64,000 bases of DNA from the NCBI GenBank assembly GCA_963768175.1, contig CAVYGQ010000001.1:5908-69907 (forward strand), given 5' to 3'. A model generated the notes under the pieces. The model was not told the origin of the DNA. It ran no database searches and saw only the letters and a list, made by a program, of their open reading frames with translations. The DNA comes from Candidatus Doudnabacteria bacterium. Lineage in GTDB: Bacteria > Patescibacteriota > Doudnabacteria > UBA920. The position numbers were made by a program, and so were the translations under genes. This document shows, one piece after another, positions 38,733-49,002 of the stretch (position 1 is its first letter; the number at the start of each line of letters is the position of its first letter).

Positions 38733-40427
38733 ATGTACGAAAAAATGAAAACAGCGTTAATTTCAGTTTACAATAAACAAGGGATCGCGGAGTTTGTCAA
38801 AGACTTGGCGGATTTGGGATTTAAGATTTTGGCGAGCAGTGGGACGGCCAAGGTCTTGTCGGAGGCCGGAATTGAGGTGACGGATGTAGCTTCGCTTGTC
38901 GGCGGGGCGATTTTGGGGCATCGCGTGGTTACGTTGTCGCGTGAAATCCATGCAGGACTTTTGGCGCGGGATGTTAAGGGAGACCGTGATGAACTGGAAC
39001 GGTTAAACATTCCTTGGATAGATTTGGTTTGCGTGGACTTGTATCCGTTATCGGAGGAGATCGCTAAGTGGGATCAAAGAACCCTCACCCGTCACCCTTT
39101 CGCCTCCGCCAAGGCTACGGCGGACAGGTCGGGTGGCACCCTCTCCCAAAGGGAGAGGGAGAAAATGACTTCGGCTATAATCGAAAAAACCGATATAGGC
39201 GGGCCGGCAATGTTAAGGAGCGCGGCTAAAGGCAGGAGAATTGTAGTTTGCGACCCGGCCGATCGCCAATCCGTTATCAGCTGGCTAAAAAACGAGCAAC
39301 CCGACAAAGAACAGTTTATTGCATCGCTGGCCGCGAAAGCCGAAGCCGTGGTGGCGGATTATTGTTTGGTTTCGGCGCAGTATCACAGTGGCGGTGATTA
39401 TGAAGGCATGGTTGGGCATCAGGTTGTGGTCTGCAAATATGGGGAAAACGGATATCAAACGCCTGCCGGGCTTTATCGAGTTTCCGGCGGCGACGAGTTG
39501 GCTTTATTGAAATTTAAAGTTTTAGCCGGCATGGCCCCGAGTTACAATAATTGGGCGGATGTTGACCGGCTGCTTCAAACCATGACGCATATTGCCTCGG
39601 GGTTTGACGTGAATTTTCATCAGACGCCAAAAATCGCGGTCGGGGTTAAGCACGGCAATCCCTGCGGCGCGGCGGTCGGCCAAGATAAATCGGAAGTTAT
39701 CAAAAAAATGCTGGAAGGGGATTTGCGCGCGATTTTTGGCGGCCTTGTTATGGTAAATTTTCCGGTTGATGAAAGCTTGGCCGAAGTTTTATTAACTCAT
39801 AAAATGGAAAACGGCAGAAGGCTGCTGGACGGCATAATCGCGCTTTCGTTTACAACGGAAGCGATAAAAATGCTTAAACGAAAAGGCGACAAATGCCGGT
39901 TCATGGTTAATAAGGCATTATTGTCGTTAAATAAAAATTCTTTAGACATCCATAAACGCTTGCGTTACGTGCGCGGCGGATTTTTGGCTCAGCCGAATTA
40001 TACTTTTGTTTTGGATTTTAAGAGTAAATCGTTGGAGAAGGCCGGACAGGCAACCGGCGAGCAGGAAAAAGATATGCTGCTGGCCTGGGCCATTGGTTCA
40101 ACTTCCAACAGTAATACGGTCAGTTTGGTAAAAAACGGCATGTTGCTCGGCAATGGCGTGGGACAGCAGGACAGGGTCGGTTGCTGCCAGTTGGCGATTA
40201 AACGCGCTATTGATGCCGGCCATAAAATCCAAGGTGCCGTGGCTTACAGCGACAGTTTTTTTCCTTTTGTGGACGGGCCGCAGACTTTGGCCGATGCCGG
40301 AATTTCCGCAATTTTCGCTACCAGCGGCAGCGTCAGGGATGCGGACGTAAAAAAGTTTTGCCAGGAAAAGAATATCGGGTTATACTTAATACCCGACAGC
40401 GAGGCCAGGGGATTTTTTGGTCACTAG
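38733..40427 (+). CDS. purH: Bifunctional AICAR transformylase/IMP cyclohydrolase, with an 80-nt repeat element inserted in-frame
   Basis: MGS-like N-terminal domain (ISVYNKQGIAEFVKDLADLGFKILASSGT) and the AICARFT domain. Insert at ~39081-39160 encodes ...RTLTRHPFASAKATADRSGGTLSQRERE. Confidence 0.85.
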   Translation: MYEKMKTALISVYNKQGIAEFVKDLADLGFKILASSGTAKVLSEAGIEVTDVASLVGGAILGHRVVTLSREIHAGLLARDVKGDRDELERLNIPWIDLVCVDLYPLSEEIAKWDQRTLTRHPFASAKATADRSGGTLSQREREKMTSAIIEKTDIGGPAMLRSAAKGRRIVVCDPADRQSVISWLKNEQPDKEQFIASLAAKAEAVVADYCLVSAQYHSGGDYEGMVGHQVVVCKYGENGYQTPAGLYRVSGGDELALLKFKVLAGMAPSYNNWADVDRLLQTMTHIASGFDVNFHQTPKIAVGVKHGNPCGAAVGQDKSEVIKKMLEGDLRAIFGGLVMVNFPVDESLAEVLLTHKMENGRRLLDGIIALSFTTEAIKMLKRKGDKCRFMVNKALLSLNKNSLDIHKRLRYVRGGFLAQPNYTFVLDFKSKSLEKAGQATGEQEKDMLLAWAIGSTSNSNTVSLVKNGMLLGNGVGQQDRVGCCQLAIKRAIDAGHKIQGAVAYSDSFFPFVDGPQTLADAGISAIFATSGSVRDADVKKFCQEKNIGLYLIPDSEARGFFGH

Positions 40428-40534
40428 TTTGATTGACAAGATCGGCATGAATTAAAAGAATGACAAGAATACTCTGCAAATTTAAGAATTTGTTGTAGTT
40501 AAATTTTGAACCTTAAATCTTTAATCTAATATCT

Positions 40535-40708
40535 ATGTCTCACTACGTATGCACTGGCGGTTGCGGCGGGGTGTCGGATACCCCGGGCATCTGCCAAGCC
40601 GAAAGTTGCTCGCTTTTTGGCCAGTCCCTAAAAGAATGTAATTGCACGGACGGTAAACACGAGGAAGTTTTTGCTAAGGCCGAAAATGCCGACAAGCAAG
40701 GTCGGTAA
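40535..40708 (+). CDS. Small Cys-rich protein (57 aa) sharing a YxCxGCG..S..PGIC motif with the 8936..9121 protein
   Basis: Manual ORF (below the ORF-track size cut-off): MSHYVCTGGCGGVSDTPGICQAESC... It is followed by the bidirectional terminator at 40726-40760. Confidence 0.35.
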   Translation: MSHYVCTGGCGGVSDTPGICQAESCSLFGQSLKECNCTDGKHEEVFAKAENADKQGR

Positions 40709-40725
40709 TCATCAGATATTCCAAT

Positions 40726-40760
40726 AAGGGGCATCCTTTTGTTGCAAAAGGATGCCCCTT
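40726..40760. terminator. Bidirectional terminator AAGGGGCATCCTTTT-gttgc-AAAAGGATGCCCCTT (the same palindrome core recurs at 56093-56140)
   Basis: Perfect 15-bp inverted repeat between convergent genes. Confidence 0.6.
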
Positions 40761-40765
40761 ATTCT

Positions 40766-42070
40766 TTACTGGTCAATCAGAGTTTTTACGGTCGAAGTCA
40801 GCGCTGCATTACCGGTAGCCGCGGTCAGTTTGGTCGGCCAGGCTTTGTCGCCAACATCAATGTCCGGCAAAACGCCGTTGTCCTGGATAGGTGGCTGACC
40901 TTGCACAACCGTCAGGGCGGTGACCAAGTGCACCGAATAAATCTGGTTAAAATCAAACTGGTTGCTAATGGAAAAGGGCTGTTCGTTTTCTACCGTGCCC
41001 CAGCCGAAAGTTTTGTTGCCCACCAAAATGCCGACATTGAATTTTTTAAGCGCCCCGGCCAAAAGTTCGGTGGAAGATTGGTCTTGGCCGTCAATCAAAA
41101 TTACAATATGCTTAAAGCGCGCCAGAGCCGGCAATACGTTAGCCGTGGTCTGGAATGATTGGTAGTTGCCCTGATGCAAAAATTGATAGGCGACCTGGTT
41201 TTGGCCGACAAAGAAGCCGAGCATCTGTGGAATTATGTCCAGGTAACCGCCAATATTGCCGCGTAAATCAAAAATCAGAGTGTCCAGCTTAGGTGGCTGG
41301 CTGCTTACGGAATTGACTGCATCGGTAAATTCTTTAATTGAGGTGCTCGGCGAAAAACGGACAAAGTGCATATAAAAAATTTCCGACGACAGCTGTTTGT
41401 TGACAATGGTGGCTTGGATGCCTTGCGTGTCGTACAATTGTTTGCTTGAGGGTTGGGACAGGGTGGCGTAGGCATTGTTGATTTTTGCCAATTTTTGCTT
41501 GGCCGCGGGCGTATTTTGTTTATTTAAAGCCGCGGACTGCTGTTGGTAGGACTGCTGGATCTGTTGGGGGCTGGCGTTTTGGCCTAAGCCCAAATCCGCG
41601 TAAAGGTTTTGGTTGGGGTTAATATTATTGAGTTCGTACATCAGCGCTTGCTGGGAGGCCTGGGTGTAAAGGGCACTGCGGCCGGTCGGCGGCAGGTTGT
41701 TTAAGACATTGGCGGACAGCAGAGAGGCATAGAGGTTTTGCTGTTGGATGGTAAAACCGGCCATGGCTTGGGTCATCATTGTTTCCAGCCCCGCTTTATT
41801 GGGGCTCGGCAAAGGCACATGTTTGCCCAGCAGTTTATCGGAAGCGTCCTGATAGAGCTTGGTCAGCTGCTGGTCGGAAATGTTATCCCAATAATTTTTT
41901 TGGATGGTGTCGTAGACTTCGTCGGTAAAGGCCAGGTAAGTGTTTTTGGTCTGCGCGGCGGCCGGCGTGGATTTACTCTGTTTGATTTTTACCGCAGCAA
42001 AAACCGCGGCGCCTATTAATATTGCCGCAATCAGTATCCAGGCTATTAGATTGGGGTTAAGCTTTTTCAT
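40766..42070 (-). CDS. S41 family C-terminal processing peptidase with an N-terminal TM anchor and a degenerate J-domain-like segment
   Basis: LIFDLRGNIGGYL...ILIDGQDQSSTELLAGALK...VGNKTFGWGTVE. The segment YADLGLGQNASPQQIQQSY...AKQKLAKINNAYATLSQPSSKQLYD resembles a J-domain lacking HPD. Confidence 0.75.
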   Translation of the reverse strand: MKKLNPNLIAWILIAAILIGAAVFAAVKIKQSKSTPAAAQTKNTYLAFTDEVYDTIQKNYWDNISDQQLTKLYQDASDKLLGKHVPLPSPNKAGLETMMTQAMAGFTIQQQNLYASLLSANVLNNLPPTGRSALYTQASQQALMYELNNINPNQNLYADLGLGQNASPQQIQQSYQQQSAALNKQNTPAAKQKLAKINNAYATLSQPSSKQLYDTQGIQATIVNKQLSSEIFYMHFVRFSPSTSIKEFTDAVNSVSSQPPKLDTLIFDLRGNIGGYLDIIPQMLGFFVGQNQVAYQFLHQGNYQSFQTTANVLPALARFKHIVILIDGQDQSSTELLAGALKKFNVGILVGNKTFGWGTVENEQPFSISNQFDFNQIYSVHLVTALTVVQGQPPIQDNGVLPDIDVGDKAWPTKLTAATGNAALTSTVKTLIDQ

Positions 42071-42090
42071 ACTTTATTATTATACCAAAC

Positions 42091-42126
42091 AAAACCCCGC
42101 CCCTCGACTTCGCTCGGGGCGGGGTT
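42091..42126. terminator. Terminator hairpin AAAACCCCGCCCC-tcgacttcgct-CGGGGCGGGGTT
   Basis: Seen directly, downstream of rpmB on the minus strand. Confidence 0.55.
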
Positions 42127-42137
42127 AATTAATCTGG

Positions 42138-42314
42138 TTATTTTGCGGCTTTAGCCTGGGTTTTTATGCATTTGGTGCAGGCTTTTACCCTTTTACCGTC
42201 AAAAACCGCGTATTGCAAATTCGGCAACAGCCTGCGGATGGAGGCTCTCATGGAGTGGGAACGTTTTATGGTGCGGGAATAAATTTTGCCGCATTGGGTG
42301 CACATTCTTGGCAT
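42138..42314 (-). CDS. rpmB: 50S ribosomal protein L28
   Basis: Manual translation MPRMCTQCGKIYSRTIKRSHSMRASIRRLLPNLQYAVFDGKRVKACTKCIKTQAKAAK. The ORF track lists a different-frame ORF here. Confidence 0.8.
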   Translation of the reverse strand: MPRMCTQCGKIYSRTIKRSHSMRASIRRLLPNLQYAVFDGKRVKACTKCIKTQAKAAK

Positions 42315-42435
42315 AAAAATATTTAGTCTTCGACCCTGTGGAGAAACTAAATATTTTTAGTTCTCGACAAACTCGAACAATATTGATTAAATCAAGTCTT
42401 TGATAGATTATCATAATATGATAAAATAAGCAAGT

Positions 42436-43062
42436 ATGGAAATAATAATTGTATTAATTATCCTATTATTTTCCGCCATTGTGCATGAAGTCAGCCACGG
42501 ACTGATGGCGGAAAAACTGGGCGACGACACGGCGCGGGAGCAGGGGAGAATTACCCTAAATCCTATATCCCACATAGACCCTTACGGTACTATACTCTTG
42601 CCGATTTTAATGTATTTTGCCCAGGCGCCGTTTACCGCGCATCCCATAATTTTTGGCGCGGCCAAGCCGGTGCCGGTAAACTTCAGCCAGCTTAAACCAA
42701 GAAAACTCGGCATGATTTTGGTTTCCCTGGCCGGGCCGTTTTCTAATTACGCTTTGGCGGTTTTGTTCGGCGTAATTATAAAGCTTGGTTTGTCTAACAG
42801 CATATCTTACCCGATTTTAGTGGATGCGATTTTTGTAAACCTTTTGCTCGGCACGTTTAATTTAATTCCCATTCCGCCGCTGGACGGCAGCAAGGTTTTT
42901 GCCGCGCTTTTGCCGGACGAAGTTATGTACAGAATTTTGTCGTGGGAGCGCTGGGGGTTTATTTTGGTCTTGGTATTTTTGTATTTGGGTTGGCTGGGGA
43001 ATATTTTATTGCCGGTACTAAGCCTTTTTAGCAGGATATTCGGAATTGATTTTGGGCTTTGA
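42436..43062 (+). CDS. M50 family (site-2 protease-like) membrane metalloprotease
   Basis: HEVSHGLMA HExxH motif in a TM helix, plus an LDGS motif. Confidence 0.75.
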   Translation: MEIIIVLIILLFSAIVHEVSHGLMAEKLGDDTAREQGRITLNPISHIDPYGTILLPILMYFAQAPFTAHPIIFGAAKPVPVNFSQLKPRKLGMILVSLAGPFSNYALAVLFGVIIKLGLSNSISYPILVDAIFVNLLLGTFNLIPIPPLDGSKVFAALLPDEVMYRILSWERWGFILVLVFLYLGWLGNILLPVLSLFSRIFGIDFGL

Positions 43063-43456
43063 CAAAATTTTAATAAGCAAGTATAATACTAACAATTAAA
43101 TAAGGAACCTCCCGCTCTGGCGGGAAATTACTCAATTTAAGTCGATTTGGCCGGGAAGAACCCTCATCCGCCACCCTTTGGGTGGCACCTTCTCTCAAAG
43201 GGAGAAGGAAAGAAGGAAAGGGCTATGCATCAAAAGGTTTCAGATGAGTACCGGCCGAACGAAGTAGCAAAAAATCCTTTTTTGCTTGGGATTTTTTTGT
43301 TGCAATAGATTTTTAATCATTATTTTTCTCCCCAAAGCTTGGGGAGATGTCCCGAGCGGGAGCGAGGGATAGAGAGGTTTGAACCTTACTTTTAACCTCT
43401 CCCCCGACCCCTCTCCATGAATTGGAGAGGGGAGCCCAATAAGGAAAAAGATTCTT

Positions 43457-43870
43457 ATGCCAACTATAAATCAACTCGTTCGTAGTGGCCGGCACGCTTT
43501 TAAATACAAAAGCAAGAGCCCGGCGCTGATGCGCAGACAAAACTTGATTAAGAATAAAACTTTGTTTATAAAAACCGGGGCGCCGTTTATGCGCGGCGTG
43601 TGCTTAAAGGTTTATACCACCACGCCTAAAAAGCCGAATTCGGCTTTGCGCAAAGTCGCCAAGGTCAAGCTGACCAACGGCATGGAAGTTATTGCTTACA
43701 TTCCCGGCATCGGCCACAACTTGCAAGAGCACAGTGTGGTAATGATCCGCGGCGGCAGGGTAAAAGATTTGCCCGGCGTGCGCTACCACATTATTCGCGG
43801 GAAATTGGATACGTTAGGCGTTGACGGTCGTGAACGCTCAAGAAGCAAGTATGGAGCAAAAAAGAAATAA
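43457..43870 (+). CDS. rpsL: 30S ribosomal protein S12
   Basis: MPTINQLVR...[18 protein letters not shown]. Confidence 0.95.
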   Translation: MPTINQLVRSGRHAFKYKSKSPALMRRQNLIKNKTLFIKTGAPFMRGVCLKVYTTTPKKPNSALRKVAKVKLTNGMEVIAYIPGIGHNLQEHSVVMIRGGRVKDLPGVRYHIIRGKLDTLGVDGRERSRSKYGAKKK

Positions 43871-43948
43871 GCAACCAGTAGGACGTAGGGAAGTAGGAAG
43901 GTAGACTAAGCTACTGGCCTACATCCTACCAACCTACGAGCTAAACAT
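43871..43948. repeat. Structured repeat family R3 (GTAGGAAGGTAG...CCTAC...GCTAAAC + ATG), immediately 5' of the rpsG start codon. Other copies at 53088-53166, 59088-59160 and 63196-63268, plus a variant at 58553-58670.
   Basis: Shared tagg/ctac-rich hairpin-forming sequence ending in gctaaa(c/g)(t) + ATG. Confidence 0.6.
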
Positions 43949-44584
43949 ATGCCAAGAAAATCCAGAAGTTACGATAAACATATCCCGGCGCCCGACCCGA
44001 AATACGGCAGCGTAAAATACGCTAAATTTATTAATTATATAATGGAGCGCGGGAAAAAGAACGTGGCGCGCAAGATTTTTTACGATGCCTTGGATATTGT
44101 CGGCGAAAAAGTCGTTGCCGCGCCTGTGGCAGCTCCTGCTCCGGTAAAGCCGGCTATGGAGGTTAAAGGTAAATCAGCCGATAAAAAATCCGTCATTGAA
44201 GCTAAAACGGTTGAAGAAAAGCCGCAAGTCCATGCCGAGGGAAAACAGAAAGCGCAGGACAAAAAGTTGGACGGACGTACGGTTTTTGATATCGCATTAA
44301 AAAACGTGGCGCCGATTATGGAATTAAAATCACGCAGAATCGGCGGCGCCAACTACCAGGTGCCTATGGAAGTGCAGGAACCGCGCAAAACAACCTTGGG
44401 CATGCGCTGGCTTTTGACCGCGGCCAGGAGCAAAAAAGGCATGCGCATGGCCGAGCGTTTGGCCGGCGAGATAATGGATGCTTACAACAAGACCGGCATA
44501 GCCATGAAGAAGCGCGAAGACGTCCACCGCATGGCCGAAGCCAACAAGGCTTTCGCGCATTTTGCGAGGTTTGGCAGGAGATAA
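43949..44584 (+). CDS. rpsG: 30S ribosomal protein S7 with a ~55-aa A/P/K/E-rich low-complexity insertion
   Basis: S7 ends conserved (…[16 protein letters not shown]...[18 protein letters not shown]). The insert [24 protein letters not shown]...QDKKLDG is absent from canonical S7. Confidence 0.9.
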   Translation: MPRKSRSYDKHIPAPDPKYGSVKYAKFINYIMERGKKNVARKIFYDALDIVGEKVVAAPVAAPAPVKPAMEVKGKSADKKSVIEAKTVEEKPQVHAEGKQKAQDKKLDGRTVFDIALKNVAPIMELKSRRIGGANYQVPMEVQEPRKTTLGMRWLLTAARSKKGMRMAERLAGEIMDAYNKTGIAMKKREDVHRMAEANKAFAHFARFGRR

Positions 44585-44606
44585 AAAATTAAAAATTATT
44601 GAAACT

Positions 44607-46799
44607 ATGTCAAGAGAATATCCTATTGAAGTTACAAGAAATATCGGCATTATCGCCCACATAGATGCCGGCAAAACAACCGTCACCGAAGGCGTTTTGT
44701 ATAACACCGGCATGGTCCACAAAATCGGCGCGGTGCACGAAGGTGATACCGTTACCGACTGGATGGAGCAGGAGCGCGAGCGCGGCATTACCATTACCGC
44801 CGCGGCCGTAACCTGCTATTGGGTGCCAAAATTTATTAAATTGGCTAACGACATTAATCCCGTTAGAAGTCAGACGCCAGGGGCGTCTGCTGGTGCGCGA
44901 GCGCACCAGACTTCTAACGGGATAAAGCATAAAATAAATATTATAGACACTCCCGGCCACGTGGACTTTACCGTGGAAGTGGAGCGGTCTTTGCGCGTGC
45001 TGGACGGCGCGGTGGTCGTGTTTGACGGCAAAATGGGCGTGGAGCCGCAAAGCGAAACCGTGTGGCGCCAGGCTGACAAATACCACGTGCCGCGCATGTG
45101 CTTTATCAACAAAATCAACCAGACCGGCGGAGACTTTTACAAGTCGCTGGACTCAATCCATAAAAGATTATCGCCGAACGCTTTTCCCATCCAGTTGCCC
45201 ATAGGCTTTGAAAAAGACATTTGCGGGGTGGTGGATTTGATAAACATGAAAGCTTACACTTACAAGGATTTTACGGACAAGGAATTTACCGTGGGCGAAG
45301 TTCCGGCCGACATGCTGGAAAAGGCCAAAGAATGGCGCCACAAGCTTTTGGAAAAAGTCGTGGAGAGCGATGACGTAATAATGGAAAAATATTTGTCCGG
45401 ACAGGAGCTAACGGAAACCGAAGTTTTAACGGCTATCCGCAAGGCCGTGCAGGGCGGACAGTTCTTCCCGGTTTTGGGCGGAGACGGCCGGGGCATTATT
45501 GTGCAGACTATTTTGGATGCCGTAACCAACTTTTTGCCGAGCCCGGTAGACCGCGGCAATATCAAAGGCCATGACCTTAAAACTGGTATGGAGATAGAAA
45601 GAAAGCCCAGCGATGACGAGCCTTTTACCGCTTTGGCTTTTAAAATCGCCACCGATGCTTTTGTCGGAAGGTTGTGTTTTTTCCGCGTTTACGCCGGGCA
45701 TTTGGAAGCTGGCTCCTACGTGCTTAACGCGCGAACGGAAAATAAAGAGCGCGTGGGGCGCATTGTGCGCATGAAGGCGGATGAACGCGAAGAAGTCAAG
45801 GAAGTTTTTGCCGGCGATATTTGCGCGCTGGTCGGGCCCAAAGATACTTTTACCGGAGACACTTTGTGCGACGTGGAAAAACCCATTGTCCTGGAAAGAA
45901 TCAAGTTTGCCGAGCCGGTAATCCACATGTCCATTGAGCCCAAGACCAAAGCCGACCAGGAAAAAATGGGCATCGCGCTTTCCAAACTCGCCGAAGAAGA
46001 CCCGACTTTTAAACTTTCCACCAACGAGGAAACCCAGCAGACCATTATTGGCGGGATGGGCGAACTCCATTTGGAAATCATTGTGGACAGGATGAAGCGC
46101 GAATTTAAAGTGGAAGCCAATGTGGGCAAGCCGGAAGTCGCGTATAAAGAAACCATCAAAAAAACGGCCGAAGCCGAAAGCAAATACATCCGCCAAACCG
46201 GCGGCCGCGGGCAATACGGGCATGTTTATTTGCGCGTAGAGCCGCTGCAGCGCGGTAAAGGCTATGAGTTTGTGGATGAAGTTGTCGGCGGCGTTATTCC
46301 CAAAGAATACATTAAGCCGATAGACAAAGGCATCCAGGAAAGCGCGGCTAACGGCGTCATTGCCGGATATCCTTTGGTGGACTTTAGGGCCGCGGTATTC
46401 GATGGTTCCTACCACGAAGTTGACTCTTCGGAAATGGCGTTTAAAATTGCCGCTTCCAAGGGCTTGCAGGACGCGGTCAAAAAAGCCGACCCGGTTATTT
46501 TGGAGCCGATTATGAAGGTAGAAGTTACCACGCCGGAAGTCAATATGGGCGACGTGATTGGGGATTTGAATTCCAAGCGCGCGCAGATAAATGAAATGAC
46601 GGGCAAGTTGCATTTAAAAGTTATTGATGCGATGGTGCCGCTTTCTGAAATGTTTGGTTATGCCACGGCTCTTCGTTCCATGACACAAGGACAAGCTAGC
46701 TACACTATGGAGTTTGACCATTACGCCGAAGTGCCTAGGAACGTCGCGGCCGGGATTATTGAGAGCAGGGCCGGGATTAATGTACGTAAGGGGATGTAA
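44607..46799 (+). CDS. fusA: Elongation factor G, with a 22-codon in-frame palindromic insertion in the G domain
   Basis: [14 protein letters not shown]...DTPGHVDF. Insert 44857-44923 encodes ...[22 protein letters not shown]. Confidence 0.95.
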   Translation: MSREYPIEVTRNIGIIAHIDAGKTTVTEGVLYNTGMVHKIGAVHEGDTVTDWMEQERERGITITAAAVTCYWVPKFIKLANDINPVRSQTPGASAGARAHQTSNGIKHKINIIDTPGHVDFTVEVERSLRVLDGAVVVFDGKMGVEPQSETVWRQADKYHVPRMCFINKINQTGGDFYKSLDSIHKRLSPNAFPIQLPIGFEKDICGVVDLINMKAYTYKDFTDKEFTVGEVPADMLEKAKEWRHKLLEKVVESDDVIMEKYLSGQELTETEVLTAIRKAVQGGQFFPVLGGDGRGIIVQTILDAVTNFLPSPVDRGNIKGHDLKTGMEIERKPSDDEPFTALAFKIATDAFVGRLCFFRVYAGHLEAGSYVLNARTENKERVGRIVRMKADEREEVKEVFAGDICALVGPKDTFTGDTLCDVEKPIVLERIKFAEPVIHMSIEPKTKADQEKMGIALSKLAEEDPTFKLSTNEETQQTIIGGMGELHLEIIVDRMKREFKVEANVGKPEVAYKETIKKTAEAESKYIRQTGGRGQYGHVYLRVEPLQRGKGYEFVDEVVGGVIPKEYIKPIDKGIQESAANGVIAGYPLVDFRAAVFDGSYHEVDSSEMAFKIAASKGLQDAVKKADPVILEPIMKVEVTTPEVNMGDVIGDLNSKRAQINEMTGKLHLKVIDAMVPLSEMFGYATALRSMTQGQASYTMEFDHYAEVPRNVAAGIIESRAGINVRKGM

Positions 46800-46843
46800 A
46801 CCGCTGAATGAACGCGGATTGCTACGCTGATTAGACGCTGAAT

Positions 46844-46868
46844 AAGGGCGGCCTACGGCCGCCCTTTT
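46844..46868 (+). terminator. Terminator AAGGGCGGCC-tac-GGCCGCCCTTTT after fusA
   Basis: Seen directly in the sequence. Confidence 0.6.
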
Positions 46869-47139
46869 ATATAGTTGTCATTGCGAGGAGCCTCGAGTGC
46901 ATCCGAGAGGCGACGAAGCAATCTTATTTTGTGTCATTCCGGAATTTTGCGGAGCAAAATATCCGGAATCTAGATTCCCGCTTTCGCGGGAATGACATGA
47001 ATATTCTGGAAAAAGAAAAAGCCCGCTGCGCCGTGGAGGTTCGCAGTAGGCAGTTGAGCCGCAGTTCCGTCGGAACCGCCGGGAGGCGGGTGGGGGAAAA
47101 GGGCGCGGATATGTGGCGACCACTCGGGCAGTGTCGGGG

Positions 47140-47274
47140 TTATTGGTATTTCTTTTCCAGGCACCGAACTGCATAACCGATTGCCATCCCCATTGCGAGT
47201 AAGCCCGTGACGGGCCAAGTCAGATTAAGCAGGTAATGGCCGGCCAACAGACCGAGACCCATTATGGCCCACAT
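47140..47274 (-). CDS. Small hydrophobic membrane protein (44 aa)
   Basis: Strong RBS (AAAGGAGGCTGT-ATG) and two predicted TM segments. Confidence 0.35.
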   Translation of the reverse strand: MWAIMGLGLLAGHYLLNLTWPVTGLLAMGMAIGYAVRCLEKKYQ

Positions 47275-47395
47275 ACAGCCTCCTTTCGTGGAACACCAAG
47301 AATAGCAAAGAGACAAGCAGTTGTAAAGGCTTAAGAACAGGGGTATAATCAATAGCAGATATTAGGATATTGATTGATATTAAGATATTAAACAC

Positions 47396-47746
47396 ATGAC
47401 AAATCTAAATGATTTAATTAATCTAGCTAAAGCCGATGGAGGCAAGTTTTTTGTCATTGACGAGAGCGGGGATGCTAAGTTGGTGATAATGAGCGTGGAA
47501 GATTACCAGCGCCTGCTACTCGGCAAGCTCCAGCGCCAGGTAATGGATGTGGAAAGCATCAACAAGGAAATTTTAAAAGCCCAGCTGGAAGAGCAGCCTT
47601 CGTCGCCCGCACCGCAAACCAAAGGCCCGACTGTCGTCAACAGGCCGCAAGTCCATCAACAGCGCAATTCCGTTGATTTGCGCGCGGAAGTTATAGACCC
47701 GAGTTTTGATTTTGAAGGCCCGAAGGTGGAAATAGATGATTTGTAA
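47396..47746 (+). CDS. Phd/YefM-like antitoxin-fold protein with an unusual C-terminal tail (orphan, no toxin adjacent)
   Basis: N-terminal KFFVIDESGDAKLVIMSVEDYQRLL resembles the Phd/YefM fold. Confidence 0.4.
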   Translation: MTNLNDLINLAKADGGKFFVIDESGDAKLVIMSVEDYQRLLLGKLQRQVMDVESINKEILKAQLEEQPSSPAPQTKGPTVVNRPQVHQQRNSVDLRAEVIDPSFDFEGPKVEIDDL

Positions 47747-47898
47747 AACGCTGATTTCACGCTGATAAGGACGCTGAAATTACGCTGATGACAGGCGTGC
47801 CCATTCCGGAATTTTTGATTGAAATAAGATTATCATCGGCAATCAAAAATATCCGGAATCCAGAAACATATACATTATCATCTTAAAATCAAAATAGT

Positions 47899-48195
47899 GT
47901 GCAAGAAAAATTATATTACGTTTACATATTAGCCAACCACAAAAACGGGACTTTGTATACCGGATTTGCAAGCAACCTTGTGCAAAGGACATTTACCCAT
48001 AAAAACGATATTGTTAAAGGTTTTACGCAGAAATATCAAGTTCATCGGCTGATGCATTATGAAGTTTTTGAAGACCGGGACGAAGCCCTAAAACGCGAAA
48101 AACAGCTTAAAAAATGGCATAGAAAATGGAAACTGGAGCTTATTGAAGAAACGAATCCCGATTGGAAAGATCTTTACGATAAAATTGCAGGTTAA
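47899..48195 (+). CDS. GIY-YIG nuclease family protein (UPF0213/YhbQ-like)
   Basis: YYVYILANHKNGTLYTGFASNLVQRTFTH GIY-YIG motif. Confidence 0.7.
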   Translation: MQEKLYYVYILANHKNGTLYTGFASNLVQRTFTHKNDIVKGFTQKYQVHRLMHYEVFEDRDEALKREKQLKKWHRKWKLELIEETNPDWKDLYDKIAG

Positions 48196-48276
48196 ATTAT
48201 TTATTCTGGACCCCGGATATTTTCCAGACGATGAATTGCTTAAACTGAAAAATTCCGGGGTGGAGACACCTGTTTT

Positions 48277-49002
48277 ATGAAAAGGATACTGTTAGCATCA
48301 ATAACAATTTTAACAATTTTTCTTTTAGCCGCCGGATGCTCTAAAACGCAGCCGGCGGTTCAGACTGCGCCGGTAAGCCAAAATCAACCGTCACAAAACC
48401 AGCAGGCAAATCTATCACCGGTTTCCGCGACCACTACCCCACAAAAATCGGCAGCTTCCACTACGCCGCTGACCCTGAATGTTTACAACAATGCCGCGGA
48501 GCATTTTAAGGTTTTATATTTAAGTTATTTTAAACTTTTTACTCCGGCAAGTATAAAAGCAAATAATCCCAAGAGCGTAAATTTTTCCGCCTGCGTGCCG
48601 TATGGAATAATGCCGGGCTGGTGTTTTGTGTTAAATAATCAGCCTTATGCGGATACAAATTTGGAATCGGCGGGAGTAGCGATATCAATCTTAAAAAATA
48701 AAACCGGTATTGCCGATTGCGGGAATTTTAGCGCGCAGGATTTGGAGGGCGGCCATACCACAAGCCCGGTGCAGGCCAACGGCGTGGTTTTTGTTACGGC
48801 CACCGCCTCCGACGCCGGAGCCGGCAATTTTAGCGAAACTCATTTTAACAGGGCATTTTACGGAACAACCTGTTATGAAGTAGATGAAACTGCCAGGTGG
48901 GCTAACGCGGAGGTTTTTGACCCGCCAAGAACGGAGTTTGACCGGACAGATGTTTGGGGCAAGCTGGATGTTTTGAGGAACGGCTTTCAATTTGTTAAAT
49001 AA
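48277..49002 (+). CDS. Lipoprotein (lipobox LAAGCS) with a Q/N-rich linker
   Basis: Signal peptide plus Cys, then TAPVSQNQPSQNQ... Confidence 0.55.
   Translation: MKRILLASITILTIFLLAAGCSKTQPAVQTAPVSQNQPSQNQQANLSPVSATTTPQKSAASTTPLTLNVYNNAAEHFKVLYLSYFKLFTPASIKANNPKSVNFSACVPYGIMPGWCFVLNNQPYADTNLESAGVAISILKNKTGIADCGNFSAQDLEGGHTTSPVQANGVVFVTATASDAGAGNFSETHFNRAFYGTTCYEVDETARWANAEVFDPPRTEFDRTDVWGKLDVLRNGFQFVK

Noticed and set aside
42199-42414. 71-aa minus-strand ORF from the ORF track
   Set aside because: A different frame on the same strand encodes a clear ribosomal protein L28 (42138-42314), so the listed ORF is the wrong frame.
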